A stretch of DNA of 64,000 bases from an uncultured Eubacteriales bacterium (GTDB lineage: Bacteria; Bacillota; Clostridia; Oscillospirales; CAG-272). The notes under the pieces are model-generated. The model had not been told where the DNA came from. It was given only the letters and a program-made list of their open reading frames with translations, and ran no database searches. Numbering within the stretch: position 1 is the stretch's first letter; the number at the start of each line of letters is the position of its first letter. Location of the stretch: NCBI GenBank assembly GCA_934447715.1, contig CAKSER010000005.1, positions 25,678 through 89,677 of the forward strand, written 5' to 3'. Position numbers and translations under genes: made by a program. Shown here one piece after another: positions 35,075 to 44,989 of the stretch.

Positions 35075-35761
35075 ATGAAAGATTTCACCACGGCCGACAG
35101 ATTGAAACAAATCATGGCCGAAAGGGGAATAAAACAGGTTGACATTTTAGAAGCTTGTCAACCCTTCTGTGAAAAATATGGTGTTCAATTGAAGAAAAAC
35201 GATTTAAGTCAATATGTTTCAGGAAAGGTCGAACCAAAGCAAGACAAGCTGTCTGTTTTGGGAATGGCTCTGAAAGTCAATGAAGTTTGGCTTATGGGAT
35301 ACAATGTTCCACAGGATAGGGCATACGCTTCCGACTCGCAGCTTAAAAACTACGACAACATTTTCCCTATAGAAAAGAAAAAAATCCCCTTGTTAGGGGA
35401 TATCGCGTGCGGAAAGCCTATATTTGCAAACGAAGAGCATGAAAGCTATGTGCTTGCCGGTACAGATATAAAAGCCGATTTTTGCCTTAGAGCACACGGC
35501 GACAGCATGACCGGCGCACGAATCTTTGACGGAGATATTGTATTTATTCAGAAGACCGATGTTGTAAACAACGGTGAGATCGCTGCCGTAATAATCGAAG
35601 ACGAAGCAACACTTAAACGGGTTTATTATTACCCGACGAACGGAAAGCTGGTACTTAACGCCGAAAACCCCAAATACGAGCCTCTTGTTTATGTCGGCGA
35701 GGAGCTGAATCAGATTCATATCCTCGGCAAGGCAATAGCTTTCCAGAGCGATATAAGGTGA
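35075..35761 (+). CDS. CI/LexA-like phage repressor (XRE HTH plus S24 peptidase)
   Basis: N-terminal HTH (RLKQIMAERGIKQVDILEA) and C-terminal GDSM...TLKR Ser/Lys dyad. ATG 35075 follows GGAAAGGAAG and lies downstream of the predicted transcription start. Confidence 0.85.
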   Translation: MKDFTTADRLKQIMAERGIKQVDILEACQPFCEKYGVQLKKNDLSQYVSGKVEPKQDKLSVLGMALKVNEVWLMGYNVPQDRAYASDSQLKNYDNIFPIEKKKIPLLGDIACGKPIFANEEHESYVLAGTDIKADFCLRAHGDSMTGARIFDGDIVFIQKTDVVNNGEIAAVIIEDEATLKRVYYYPTNGKLVLNAENPKYEPLVYVGEELNQIHILGKAIAFQSDIR

Positions 35762-35851
35762 TGCTTTTTAACACCAACGAATTACGAAACATAGCAAGTA
35801 CGCATCGCAACAGTATAAGAAAAATAAGATAATTTCGAGGATGTGTATAAC

Positions 35852-36358
35852 ATGAGAAAAGTCAGTCTAATTATAATGTCCATAGCAGCCATAGTGCTTG
35901 TCACAAGCTGCATAATTTATTCATTTATGGATGAAAACGAGAAAAACGCCGCTATCGGCGATGTGGTTAAACTTAATGACTGGAATATAACGGTCAATTC
36001 TATGTCCTTCGAAAAAACAATTGACGAGTATAAATCAGTTAACAACACAGCAAGCGAAGGAAACATATTTTTAGTTCTTGATATCACAATAAAAAACATC
36101 GGTACAAAGAAAGCGAGCTTTTTGCCTTGGTTTTCATTTAACAAATCAAACGCAAAAATTATTTTTGACGATACATATGAGATCTCGCCTACTATATTAT
36201 ATTATGACAAAGACCTTCACAACAAGACATTAAATCCTCTTTCAGAATCAAACGGCATTTTAGTTTTTGAAGTGGCTCAAGAAATCGAAAATTCGGATAA
36301 GCCTCTTGTTACAAGCATTACTGATAATAGTGTAAAAATTGATATCAAACTAAGATAA
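35852..36358 (+). CDS. DUF4352-like lipoprotein, paralog 1
   Basis: Lipobox LVTS-C; DWNITVNSMSFEKT...GNIFLVLDITIKNIGTK. Confidence 0.75.
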   Translation: MRKVSLIIMSIAAIVLVTSCIIYSFMDENEKNAAIGDVVKLNDWNITVNSMSFEKTIDEYKSVNNTASEGNIFLVLDITIKNIGTKKASFLPWFSFNKSNAKIIFDDTYEISPTILYYDKDLHNKTLNPLSESNGILVFEVAQEIENSDKPLVTSITDNSVKIDIKLR

Positions 36359-36487
36359 AAATTCACTCCAATTATAAGCCACAAAATGTGTATCTAAAAG
36401 AATCACACACCCCTGCTGTGCAACAAAAGCCAAAATTCACAATATAATAAAAAATAAAAAAATAATTATTAACTGCGAGGATATTTT

Positions 36488-37069
36488 ATGAAAAAAATCG
36501 GTTTAATTCTTATGCTCATGGCACTTCTTGTACTTGTTACAGGTTGCGTAAATTACCCCACGGTTCAGAAGCCGCAAATTGTACAGGAAAGCAAGGATTC
36601 CCCCGACACAAGCGAGGATAATTCCACAAATGAAAACACTTTACCAAGTGAGGACACCTTTTCAATCGGCGACACGATTAAGCTTAATGACTGGAACATA
36701 ACGGTTAATTCTGTTTCATTTGAGAAAACGATCAGCGAATCGACATTCCTTAAACGCACGGCAGACGAGGGCAATGTATATATTGTACTTGATATCAAAA
36801 TAAAAAATGTCGGCACAAAGGAGCAGACCTTTTTCCCGTGGATTTCGTTAAGCACATGTGACGCAAAGGTTATCTTTGACAATACATACGAGTTTTCGTC
36901 ATTTGAAACACTCTTTGAAAAGGATCTGCACGGCAAGACTGTAAATCCACTTTCGGAATATAGCGGTTTTTTAGCTTTCGAGGCAGCTCAGGAGGTTGAA
37001 AGCTCTGATAAGCCTCTTGTTATAAAAATAATTGATAACAACTCCGAAATGAAAGTAAAATTGAGGTAA
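36488..37069 (+). CDS. DUF4352-like lipoprotein, paralog 2
   Basis: Lipobox LVTG-C; DWNITVNSVSFEKT...GNVYIVLDIKIKNVGTK; has an extra Ser/Asp/Glu-rich linker. Confidence 0.75.
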   Translation: MKKIGLILMLMALLVLVTGCVNYPTVQKPQIVQESKDSPDTSEDNSTNENTLPSEDTFSIGDTIKLNDWNITVNSVSFEKTISESTFLKRTADEGNVYIVLDIKIKNVGTKEQTFFPWISLSTCDAKVIFDNTYEFSSFETLFEKDLHGKTVNPLSEYSGFLAFEAAQEVESSDKPLVIKIIDNNSEMKVKLR

Positions 37070-37087
37070 GTAACAGAAAAAAAGAAC

Positions 37088-37111
37088 CGCCCGGTACTGC
37101 AATACCGGGCG
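37088..37111 (+). terminator. hairpin after lipoprotein paralog 2
   Basis: CGCCCGGTA-CTGCAA-TACCGGGCG, a 9-bp perfect stem but with a weak T-run. Confidence 0.45.
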
Positions 37112-37300
37112 ATTCAGAAAACCAAAATCCACATTACCCTAAGGTGAAATTGGCACTTTTGATTGTAGCACATTTCGCCTTGAAAATCAATACAAAAGAA
37201 AAAAATCGAAGACAGCCGCATTGACAAACTTATCAAACTGTCTTCGGAGCTCACAAAAACAAAGGAATTTCAGCATCAAGAAGATGCGCAGCGGAGGAAC

Positions 37301-38851
37301 ATGTGCGACATTAAAGCAAATGAAGGGATGCAGTCTTGCGGTGTTATATACGCAAGATATTCATCATCCGGTCAGCGTGAGGAGTCAATCGAAGGGCAGC
37401 TCCGCGAATGCCGCGAATATGCAAAAAGGCAAAACATTATAATTGTCGGCGAATACTGCGATTACGCCATAACCGGCACGTCGGACAAGCGCCCCGAATT
37501 TCAAAGGTTGATAAGAGACAGTTCAAAGGGTCAGTTTTCATTTGTCATTACATGGAAGAACGACCGATTTGCAAGAAGCAGATATGACAGTGCAGTATAT
37601 AAATACAAACTGAAGCAAAACGGTGTGCGCATACTGTATGCAAAAGAATCCATTCCCGACGGTCCCGAAGGGATTATACTTGAGTCTGTAATGGAAGGGT
37701 TCGCAGAATACTACTCGGCAAACTTAAGCCAAAATGTCAAACGCGGTTTTTATGATTCAGCGCTGAAGCTTCAGACACTCGGACAAAATTGCTACGGACT
37801 GCAGCGAGCGGCTGACGGGAGATGGGAACAAAACCCGTCTCAAGCGCCGATTGTAAGAAGAATATTTGAAGAATATTCCTCGGGCAAGTCAGCAAAGGAC
37901 ATTTATACCGACCTTAATTCGGAGGGATACCGGACACTGCGGGGAAACAATTTCAGCAAAAGCTCGCTCGGCGACATATTAAGAAACGAAAAATACTGTG
38001 GAGTGTATAAATATGCCGATATCCGAGTTGAAGACGGAATCCCTGCAATCGTCAGTAAAGAATTGTTTGATAAGGTACAAAAAATGGTTAAGATTCACAG
38101 TGAAAAGCCTGCCCTTAAAAAGTTCGAAGGAGGATTTCTTCTCACCGGCAAGCTGTTCTGCGGCCATTGCGGAGAAGCAATGACCGGAGATGGAGGAACA
38201 TCCGGGACGGGGCGCGTATACCATTACTACACATGCAATAACAGGCGAATCAAAAAATGCAAGAAAGAACGGGTGCCCAAGCAGTGGATAGAAGATCTGA
38301 TCGTCCAAAAACTGGTCGAAATCACAAGCAAAGATAGTATAATTGACACTTTTGCCGACAAATTTATGAAATGGCAAGCAGAGCAAATAAAGGTGCCTTT
38401 CACAAAAGATTTAGAGGATCGCCTGAAAAAGGTCGAAGCCGCCATAAAAAACAATTTAAGTCTAATTGACAGCGGATTTGTTTCGGACAGTATCAAGAGC
38501 CACCTCGTCGAGCTCGAAGCTGAAAGAGTTGATCTTGAACGAGGGATTGCAAAAATGAGACTAAAAACCCCGGAGCTGAGCCGACCACAGATTTTGCACT
38601 TTTTGCATGAGTTTCGCAAAGGGGACGTCAACAACGCCGTATGGAGAATACCCTTGATTGAGACCTTTCTGCAAGCGGCATACCTTTATGATGATGGACG
38701 TTTGCTTCTTCGTCTGAACTTCCGCGGCGACGAGAGCAAAATCTCCGTACAAGCAGTAGAAGAGGCCGTAGAAAACGGCGAAGATTTGAGTTCAGATTTC
38801 GAAACGTCTTCCCAGGCTTGCCGGAAAACAAACCGATTCTCCTTATTTTAA
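37301..38851 (+). CDS. large serine recombinase (phage integrase)
   Basis: YARYSSSGQ catalytic-Ser resolvase domain, recombinase domain, CGHCG...YYTCNN zinc ribbon, and a C-terminal coiled coil. Confidence 0.9.
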   Translation: MCDIKANEGMQSCGVIYARYSSSGQREESIEGQLRECREYAKRQNIIIVGEYCDYAITGTSDKRPEFQRLIRDSSKGQFSFVITWKNDRFARSRYDSAVYKYKLKQNGVRILYAKESIPDGPEGIILESVMEGFAEYYSANLSQNVKRGFYDSALKLQTLGQNCYGLQRAADGRWEQNPSQAPIVRRIFEEYSSGKSAKDIYTDLNSEGYRTLRGNNFSKSSLGDILRNEKYCGVYKYADIRVEDGIPAIVSKELFDKVQKMVKIHSEKPALKKFEGGFLLTGKLFCGHCGEAMTGDGGTSGTGRVYHYYTCNNRRIKKCKKERVPKQWIEDLIVQKLVEITSKDSIIDTFADKFMKWQAEQIKVPFTKDLEDRLKKVEAAIKNNLSLIDSGFVSDSIKSHLVELEAERVDLERGIAKMRLKTPELSRPQILHFLHEFRKGDVNNAVWRIPLIETFLQAAYLYDDGRLLLRLNFRGDESKISVQAVEEAVENGEDLSSDFETSSQACRKTNRFSLF

Positions 38852-38878
38852 AAATCTGCCCCGATGCTTACTTTCCTC

Positions 38879-38929
38879 TTGACATTTCGTAAAATCCGAT
38901 TATAATATAACTAACGAATATTAGTTAGT
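38879..38929 (+). promoter_or_regulatory. TetR-gene promoter with overlapping operator-like palindrome
   Basis: TTGACA (38879-38884), 16-nt spacer, TATAAT (38901-38906), then an 18/20 palindrome ACTAACGAATATTAGTTAGT (38910-38929). Confidence 0.6.
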
Positions 38930-38940
38930 GAGGCGTGGCT

Positions 38941-39591
38941 ATGAAGCAGGAGGATACTAAGCAGAAAATTCTTGATAAGGCTTTGGAGCTTTTTTCTGCG
39001 CAGGGATACGATTCGGTCAGTGTGGGCGAAATTGCAAAGGCAGTGGGAATCAAAGCACCGTCGCTTTACAACCATTTCCAAAGCAAGCAGGCGATTTTTG
39101 ATGCCATCGTAGAATCCACTGCGGCTAAATATGAGGCGGACACCGACAAGATCGACATCCATGTGCAGAATGTAAAAAAGGATATTCCGATTTTCATCGA
39201 AACCACAGAGGATGCTCTCTTTGAAAAGGTTCGGCAGATTTTTGAGTATTCTCTTCACAACGAAGCAATCAGCCGTTTCCGCCGGATGATGACGATTGAG
39301 CAATTTCGTTCGCCGGAGCTGGCGGCGCTCTATTCCGAGCGATATGTGGAACGCATCATGCGCTATCACTCGGGAATTTTCCGTGCCCTTATCGCATCCG
39401 GTGAGATATATACAGAAGATCCGGACGCGCTTGCAATGATGTATGTTGCGCCCGTTCTTACGCTCATCGGCATCTGCGACCGTCAGCCAAAAAGAGAGCA
39501 AGAGTGCTTAGACAAGCTCCGAAGCCATGTGAAGCTCTTTTTTTGCATGGTTCACGGCGGCAATGTGCAAAGAGGTGAAAGCCATGAGTAG
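38941..39591 (+). CDS. TetR/AcrR family transcriptional regulator
   Basis: N-terminal HTH SVGEIAKAVGIKAPSLYNHF; ATG 38941 after GAGG. Confidence 0.85.
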   Translation: MKQEDTKQKILDKALELFSAQGYDSVSVGEIAKAVGIKAPSLYNHFQSKQAIFDAIVESTAAKYEADTDKIDIHVQNVKKDIPIFIETTEDALFEKVRQIFEYSLHNEAISRFRRMMTIEQFRSPELAALYSERYVERIMRYHSGIFRALIASGEIYTEDPDALAMMYVAPVLTLIGICDRQPKREQECLDKLRSHVKLFFCMVHGGNVQRGESHE

Positions 39592-39775
39592 TCCGGAGGA
39601 AAAATGGATCCTTTGCCCGGTATGCGGTGCAAAAACACGGTTGCGGCTCCTGCAAAGGACGGTACTGTGGGACTTTCCGCTCTTTTGCCCGAAATGCAAG
39701 CAGGAGTGCATCATCAACGCACAGAATTTCAGAATAGAGATTATCAATCAGCCAGACGCAAAGACGCAGCGCTGA
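39584..39775 (+). CDS. cysteine-rich KTR domain protein
   Basis: CPVCGAKTR...CPKCK; overlaps the TetR stop by 8 nt. Confidence 0.65.
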   Translation: MSSPEEKWILCPVCGAKTRLRLLQRTVLWDFPLFCPKCKQECIINAQNFRIEIINQPDAKTQR

Positions 39776-39829
39776 CCGCAATTTCCTCGGTCATGTACTG
39801 CGTCTTTTTTTGAGTTCAGGAGGAAATTA

Positions 39830-40456
39830 ATGAAGAAAACCCTAATACAAAAGCTCGGGATGCTCGGCATTGTCAGCTTTCTTTCATACACGGCGGCGGT
39901 AGTGTTTGCTCCTCTTGCCTATCCCGGCTACAACCGGATGGCGCAGGCAGTAAGCGACCTTTCCGCTGCCAATGCGCCGTCGCTTATGCTGTGGAATCAG
40001 CTCAGTTCCCTTTACAATGTGTGTGAGGTCGTTTGTGCAACCGTCGTCTGCATCGGCATACAAGGTCAGAAAACCAAACTGCTGCGTACCGGTGTTTATA
40101 TGTTCGCCATCATGGAGTGGATTTCTGCTGTCGGATACCGAATGTTTCCGCTATCCGACAGCGGTTATGCAGGCGCGCTTCAGGATGTGATGCACATGGC
40201 CGTCACCGCCTTGGTGGTGCTGCTGTCTATTGTATCATTGACCATTATCATCGTTGCCGGAGCAAAAAGCAGAGACTGCCGCTCTTACGGAATATGTGCA
40301 GGCGCTGCCCTTTGCATGATGCTTGTGGGTGCTATGGGCATGAAAATCGTCCCTGCCGAATATTTCGGCGTGGTCGAGCGTTTCAGCGTGTTTGCCGCGA
40401 CAGGCTTTAATGCAGCGCTCGGAATCCATCTGTTCTGCGGCAAATTCGAAAATTGA
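39830..40456 (+). CDS. polytopic membrane protein (DUF998-like)
   Basis: About 6 hydrophobic segments. The family name is from recollection. Confidence 0.6.
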   Translation: MKKTLIQKLGMLGIVSFLSYTAAVVFAPLAYPGYNRMAQAVSDLSAANAPSLMLWNQLSSLYNVCEVVCATVVCIGIQGQKTKLLRTGVYMFAIMEWISAVGYRMFPLSDSGYAGALQDVMHMAVTALVVLLSIVSLTIIIVAGAKSRDCRSYGICAGAALCMMLVGAMGMKIVPAEYFGVVERFSVFAATGFNAALGIHLFCGKFEN

Positions 40457-40490
40457 TTACTATAAACTATTATTATGAAGGAGAAAAATC

Positions 40491-41117
40491 ATGCAAGAAA
40501 AGAATGTTACCATCCGTCTTGAAACGAAAGACGATTACCGTGCCGTTGAAAATCTGACGCGCGAATCATTTTGGAATGTATACCTCCCCGGCTGCATGGA
40601 GCATTATGTACTTCACTGCTATCGGGACGACCCGGCGTTTGTCCCGGAGCTGGATCTTGTCATGGAGCTTGACGGCGAACTGATCGGGCAGGTTATCTAT
40701 GTGCGGTCGGAAATTGACTGCGATGACGGAAGAAAGGTGCCGATTATGACCTTCGGTCCTATCAGCATAGCACCGAAATACAAGCGGCAAGGCTACGGAA
40801 AGCAGCTGCTCGACTATTCCATGGAAAAAGCCAAGGAGATAGGCGCAGGTGCGCTCGCCATTACCGGGAACATTCTGTTTTACGGCAAGTCCGGCTTTGT
40901 TCCTGCCAAAACATTCGGCATCCGCTACGAAGACGACCCGGAGGCAGATTATTTTCTCATCAATGAGCTGACTCCCGGCTTTCTTTATGGTATCTCCGGC
41001 ACCTACAAAGACCCGGAGGGATATTTCGTCTGCGAGAAGAATCCGGATGCTTTTAAACGCTTTGAGGCGACCTTTCCGAAGAAGAAAAAGCTGAAGCTGC
41101 CGGGGCAGCTGTTCTGA
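40491..41117 (+). CDS. GNAT family N-acetyltransferase
   Basis: RQGYGKQLL acetyl-CoA loop motif. Confidence 0.8.
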   Translation: MQEKNVTIRLETKDDYRAVENLTRESFWNVYLPGCMEHYVLHCYRDDPAFVPELDLVMELDGELIGQVIYVRSEIDCDDGRKVPIMTFGPISIAPKYKRQGYGKQLLDYSMEKAKEIGAGALAITGNILFYGKSGFVPAKTFGIRYEDDPEADYFLINELTPGFLYGISGTYKDPEGYFVCEKNPDAFKRFEATFPKKKKLKLPGQLF

Positions 41118-41187
41118 GTATGAGGAAAGCAAAACGGAAAATCACATTTATCCCCTTCGCACGACAGGCAGACAGTCTACTTAAAAG

Positions 41188-41238
41188 AAGCCGTATTTCC
41201 GTTCGGATTGCTATCCGGTAACGGAATACGGCTTTCTT
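41188..41238. terminator. bidirectional terminator between convergent genes
   Basis: AAGCCGTATTTCCGTT...AACGGAATACGGCTT long stem followed by TCTT. Confidence 0.7.
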
Positions 41239-41364
41239 ATGCTATAAAATCATGACTGAATTCGGACATACGACGGCGCAAAACGGCACCGACGGTACAC
41301 CGTGCTTCTACTGTGGCTGCAGCGGCATTACATGCCTGCGCAGCGCCTACATGCTTACTCAGCA

Positions 41365-42477
41365 TCAGACATTCTGCTTCTTCGGCAGCAGAACAGTAAA
41401 GGTTGTTGTTCCGCCTTCGCTTTTTGCCGACACTGCACCTCCGTGAAGCTCGCACACCTTTTTTACGACGGCAAGACCGATGCCGTTTCCCTGTGACGAA
41501 TGCGACTCATCCGCCTGATAGAACTTATTGAAGATATGCGCAATACGGTCCTTTGGAATATCCTTACCGTTGTTTGAAACAGAAACAGAGTAGCGTTCGC
41601 CATCTTCCAAAATGCCGACCGTCACCGTGCCGCCAGGCTCGGAAAACTTGATTGCATTATCGAGCAGATTGATCCACACCTGCTTTAACAGCTCTTCGTT
41701 TGCAGAAATCATATGCTCGCCGAACTGCATATCCATATACAGATTCTTTTCGATCCATTTTTCCGCAAGCAGCAGTACAGCCCCGCGAATCTGCTCTGAC
41801 AGATTAAAACTTGTAACCTCTGTCAGGATCGTCTGGTTTTCTACCCGGGTCAGATTCAGCACCTTATTTGCCATGGCAGAAAGGCGCAGCGACTCCTCCT
41901 CTATTATCTCAAGGTACTCCTCCTTTTGTTCATCCGTGAGGTTTCCGCGGCGCAGAAGCTTTGCAAAGCCTGCAATAGAGACGATCGGCGTTTTGAATTC
42001 ATGCGAAAAATTGTTGGTAAAATCGCTGCGCAGCATTTCCGTGTGCTCCAGCTCCTCTGCCGCCCGATTGAAGCTCTTTTCGATCTTCTTAAAAGAAGGA
42101 TGGAGAGAAATCGGCTTGCCGAAATGCAGTCTTGCCTTGAAATCGCCGCTTGCCAGCCGGTCAAGCTGATCGATAATGCGTTTGATCGGCTTAAAGGTTA
42201 TTTTTCCTATCAGCGAAGCAAGAAGAAAGCCGATAATCAGACTGACGTAAAAGAAGAATTTCATCACGCCGGGAAGCCCGACCTGCCCTCCGGCGGTTTC
42301 GATGAATCCGAGGTGAGCCAGCCCATAGACGGCCACGATCGTCAGCAGCATGACAACCGTATTAGTAATAAATACAATACCGGAGATCAGCAGTGCCAGA
42401 GCGACCGTTCCCGCGCGTTCCTTTTTATTCAAATCTTCTTCTTTATTTATGCCGTTCATACTATTCACACCGTTCAT
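41365..42477 (-). CDS. sensor histidine kinase (2 TM, HAMP, HisKA, HATPase)
   Basis: H-box FSHEFKTPI, N-box LLDNAIKFS, G-box GNGIGL. Confidence 0.85.
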   Translation of the reverse strand: MNGVNSMNGINKEEDLNKKERAGTVALALLISGIVFITNTVVMLLTIVAVYGLAHLGFIETAGGQVGLPGVMKFFFYVSLIIGFLLASLIGKITFKPIKRIIDQLDRLASGDFKARLHFGKPISLHPSFKKIEKSFNRAAEELEHTEMLRSDFTNNFSHEFKTPIVSIAGFAKLLRRGNLTDEQKEEYLEIIEEESLRLSAMANKVLNLTRVENQTILTEVTSFNLSEQIRGAVLLLAEKWIEKNLYMDMQFGEHMISANEELLKQVWINLLDNAIKFSEPGGTVTVGILEDGERYSVSVSNNGKDIPKDRIAHIFNKFYQADESHSSQGNGIGLAVVKKVCELHGGAVSAKSEGGTTTFTVLLPKKQNV

Positions 42478-43148
42478 ACCTTTTTCACCGCCTTATAGCC
42501 GAGCCCACGGACAGCAACGATCTCGAATTCATTCCAACCCTCAAAGCGTTTGCGCAGGCGTCCGACATGGACGGTGACGGTCTCCCAGCCTGTTTCGCTG
42601 TCGGTTCCCCATATCTCATCCATCAGCTGAATACGGGTAAATATCTGTCCGGGATAGGAAAGCAGCTTATAAAGAAGCATGAATTCCTTTTGCGGCAGCT
42701 CCTGCGTATTTCCGTTTCTTGTGACCGTAAAGGAATTGTAGTCAAGAACGACATCCCCGATCGTAATTTTTTGCTCACTTACGATCTTGGCGCGCCGAAG
42801 CAGCGCCTTGATGTGCAAAAGCAGCTTTTCCTCATCGATCGGTTTTGTAATATAGTCATCGGTTCCGACAAGGAACCCCTTTTTTTCATCCGAAGGCAGC
42901 TGCTTTGCCGTTACCATCAAAATAGGCAGTGCGCTGTCGGTCTCCCGAACAAGCCGGGTGAATTCATACCCATCCAAATTCGGCATCATAACATCCAGTA
43001 CTACAAGATCGATATGCTCCTTGTCCAGAACCTCCAGCGCTTCTTTTCCGTCGGCTGCCGTTGTTACCGTATAATTGGCGCTTTCCAGCACGGCGCGAAG
43101 CAACATTCTGGTATGCTTATCGTCATCTGCTACGAGAATGTGAAACAT
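42474..43148 (-). CDS. OmpR-family response regulator
   Basis: ILVADDD...DVMMP receiver domain; C-terminal winged helix (VHVGRLRKR). Confidence 0.9.
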   Translation of the reverse strand: MFHILVADDDKHTRMLLRAVLESANYTVTTAADGKEALEVLDKEHIDLVVLDVMMPNLDGYEFTRLVRETDSALPILMVTAKQLPSDEKKGFLVGTDDYITKPIDEEKLLLHIKALLRRAKIVSEQKITIGDVVLDYNSFTVTRNGNTQELPQKEFMLLYKLLSYPGQIFTRIQLMDEIWGTDSETGWETVTVHVGRLRKRFEGWNEFEIVAVRGLGYKAVKKV

Positions 43149-43441
43149 AAATATCCTCCCAAGGCTGCAAAGATATAGCTGTATATATTTTACAGGATCA
43201 CGCCGAGTGTGTCAATGCCTGTATATCCCGGATCCCTTGAATATTAAATCGGTTCTTTTCCCCTATTACGCCCCGAAGTTTCGTTTCAGTTTAGAATTAA
43301 CTGGTAAACTTTCGGCGAAAAATGTCGAAATGGCGGTTTTTAAGGCAAGCTCCCGACCCGAGGAATCCTTGCCCGGCAGCGCAAAAAACCGTCATTCGGC
43401 GCAAAAGGATGCAATCAAAGGCTTCAAGGAGGAAAAAACCA

Positions 43442-44359
43442 ATGGCTGAAAAATATATTCTCTATAATCCCAACGCAGGCGGACCGGAGGCAAAAAATGC
43501 CCTGAAAGACCTGCAGGATAAAAACGAAGGGGCTGCGGCGATCAATATTTGCCGCATCACAAACTACAGGACCTTTTTTAGCGGCTTAAGCCCGGACGAC
43601 ACCGTGATTCTGTGCGGCGGAGACGGCACATTAAACCGTTTTGTAAACGACATTGACGGAATTGACATTCAAAACAATCTCTACTACTACCCTACCGGAA
43701 CCGGCAACGATTTTGCAAGGGATGTAGGTCAAAAACCGTTTTCGAACCCGACTGTTTGTCTTAATCCGTATTTTAAGCAGCTGCCCCGTGTAGACGTAAA
43801 GGGAAAATCCAATCTGTTTTTAAACAATGTCGGCTTCGGCATTGACGGCTACTGCTGCGAGGTCGGGGAAAAGCTCCGTGAAGAAAACAAGAAAAAGGAA
43901 AGTCCCAAGCCTGTAAACTACACGAAGATCGCCATTACCGGATTACTGTTTCACTACAAGCCGAAGGATGCAACCGTTATCGTTGACGGCAAGCGCTATC
44001 ACTATAAAAAGGTATGGCTTGCCTCTGTCATGAACGGCAGGTTCTACGGCGGAGGAATGATGCCGACTCCGGATCAGAACAGGCTTCGCGAGGACGGAAA
44101 GGTATCAATTCTGATCTTCCACAACGTCGGCAAGCTGCACGGGCTGATGATCTTCCCGTCGATTTTCAGCGGCGAGCATGTAAAATACACAAAGCAGATG
44201 GCAATCCTTGAAGGAAAGACAATTCAGGTAGAGTATAACGAGCCGGCACCGCTCCAGATCGACGGAGAGGTAATATCGGATGTCACAAAATATACTGTCA
44301 GTTCGTGCGCCGCACAGGCAGAAGAGGCAGAACAGAACAGCGAGATGGCGGCTGTATAA
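43442..44359 (+). CDS. diacylglycerol/lipid kinase (YegS/BmrU family)
   Basis: GGDGTLN motif; ATG 43442 after GGAGGA. Confidence 0.8.
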   Translation: MAEKYILYNPNAGGPEAKNALKDLQDKNEGAAAINICRITNYRTFFSGLSPDDTVILCGGDGTLNRFVNDIDGIDIQNNLYYYPTGTGNDFARDVGQKPFSNPTVCLNPYFKQLPRVDVKGKSNLFLNNVGFGIDGYCCEVGEKLREENKKKESPKPVNYTKIAITGLLFHYKPKDATVIVDGKRYHYKKVWLASVMNGRFYGGGMMPTPDQNRLREDGKVSILIFHNVGKLHGLMIFPSIFSGEHVKYTKQMAILEGKTIQVEYNEPAPLQIDGEVISDVTKYTVSSCAAQAEEAEQNSEMAAV

Positions 44360-44986
44360 ATGCGAAAACAGACGGTATTACATAACACCGGCAAGCCGGA
44401 AGAAGCAAATATGAGCAGGATACTGAAAAAGGATCAGATTCTTACGATACCGAATCTGTTAAGTGCGATACGGCTTATACTGATTCCGCTTATCGTATGG
44501 CTGTATATTGCAAAGAAGGCATACTATACCGCGGTGATCGTTATTTTGATCTCCGGTGCAACAGATGTCATCGACGGATTTATCGCGCGGAAATTCCACA
44601 TGGTATCCGACCTCGGAAAAATCCTTGATCCCTTAGCCGACAAGCTGACGCAGGCTGCGGTCATTATCTGTCTTGCATCAAAATACAGCCTGATGTATTT
44701 CCTTACCGCACTTTTCATTGTAAAAGAAATCCTCATGGCAACCTATGGATATTTGGCCCTCAAGAAAAAGGATTCGGTGAACAGCGCGAAATGGTACGGA
44801 AAGCTCAACACCGCGGTATTATATATTGTCATGATGTGCCTCATTATGTTCCCCGGCATCGGGGAGGCAGCGGCGAACACGATGATTTTAATCTGCGCAT
44901 GCGTTATGCTTATGTCGCTTGCACTATACACGCGGTTTTATCTGAAATTGCTTCGTTTTGACCGATCCGACACTGTGAGGGGATAG
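44360..44986 (+). CDS. CDP-alcohol phosphatidyltransferase family protein
   Basis: DVIDGFIAR-x8-G-x3-D-x3-D signature. An alternative start lies at 44411. Confidence 0.8.
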   Translation: MRKQTVLHNTGKPEEANMSRILKKDQILTIPNLLSAIRLILIPLIVWLYIAKKAYYTAVIVILISGATDVIDGFIARKFHMVSDLGKILDPLADKLTQAAVIICLASKYSLMYFLTALFIVKEILMATYGYLALKKKDSVNSAKWYGKLNTAVLYIVMMCLIMFPGIGEAAANTMILICACVMLMSLALYTRFYLKLLRFDRSDTVRG

Positions 44987-44989
44987 AAA

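Larger units (their letters stand above)
3435..38870. mobile_element. integrated siphovirus-like prophage (~35 kb), ends approximate
   Basis: Contiguous lysis, tail, head, packaging, regulation, replication, lysogeny-switch and integrase modules. The right end is placed between the integrase stop (38851) and the TetR promoter (38879); the left end is placed after the hairpin at 3388-3427. The att core cannot be identified by eye (serine integrase, so only a tiny crossover). Confidence 0.8.
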
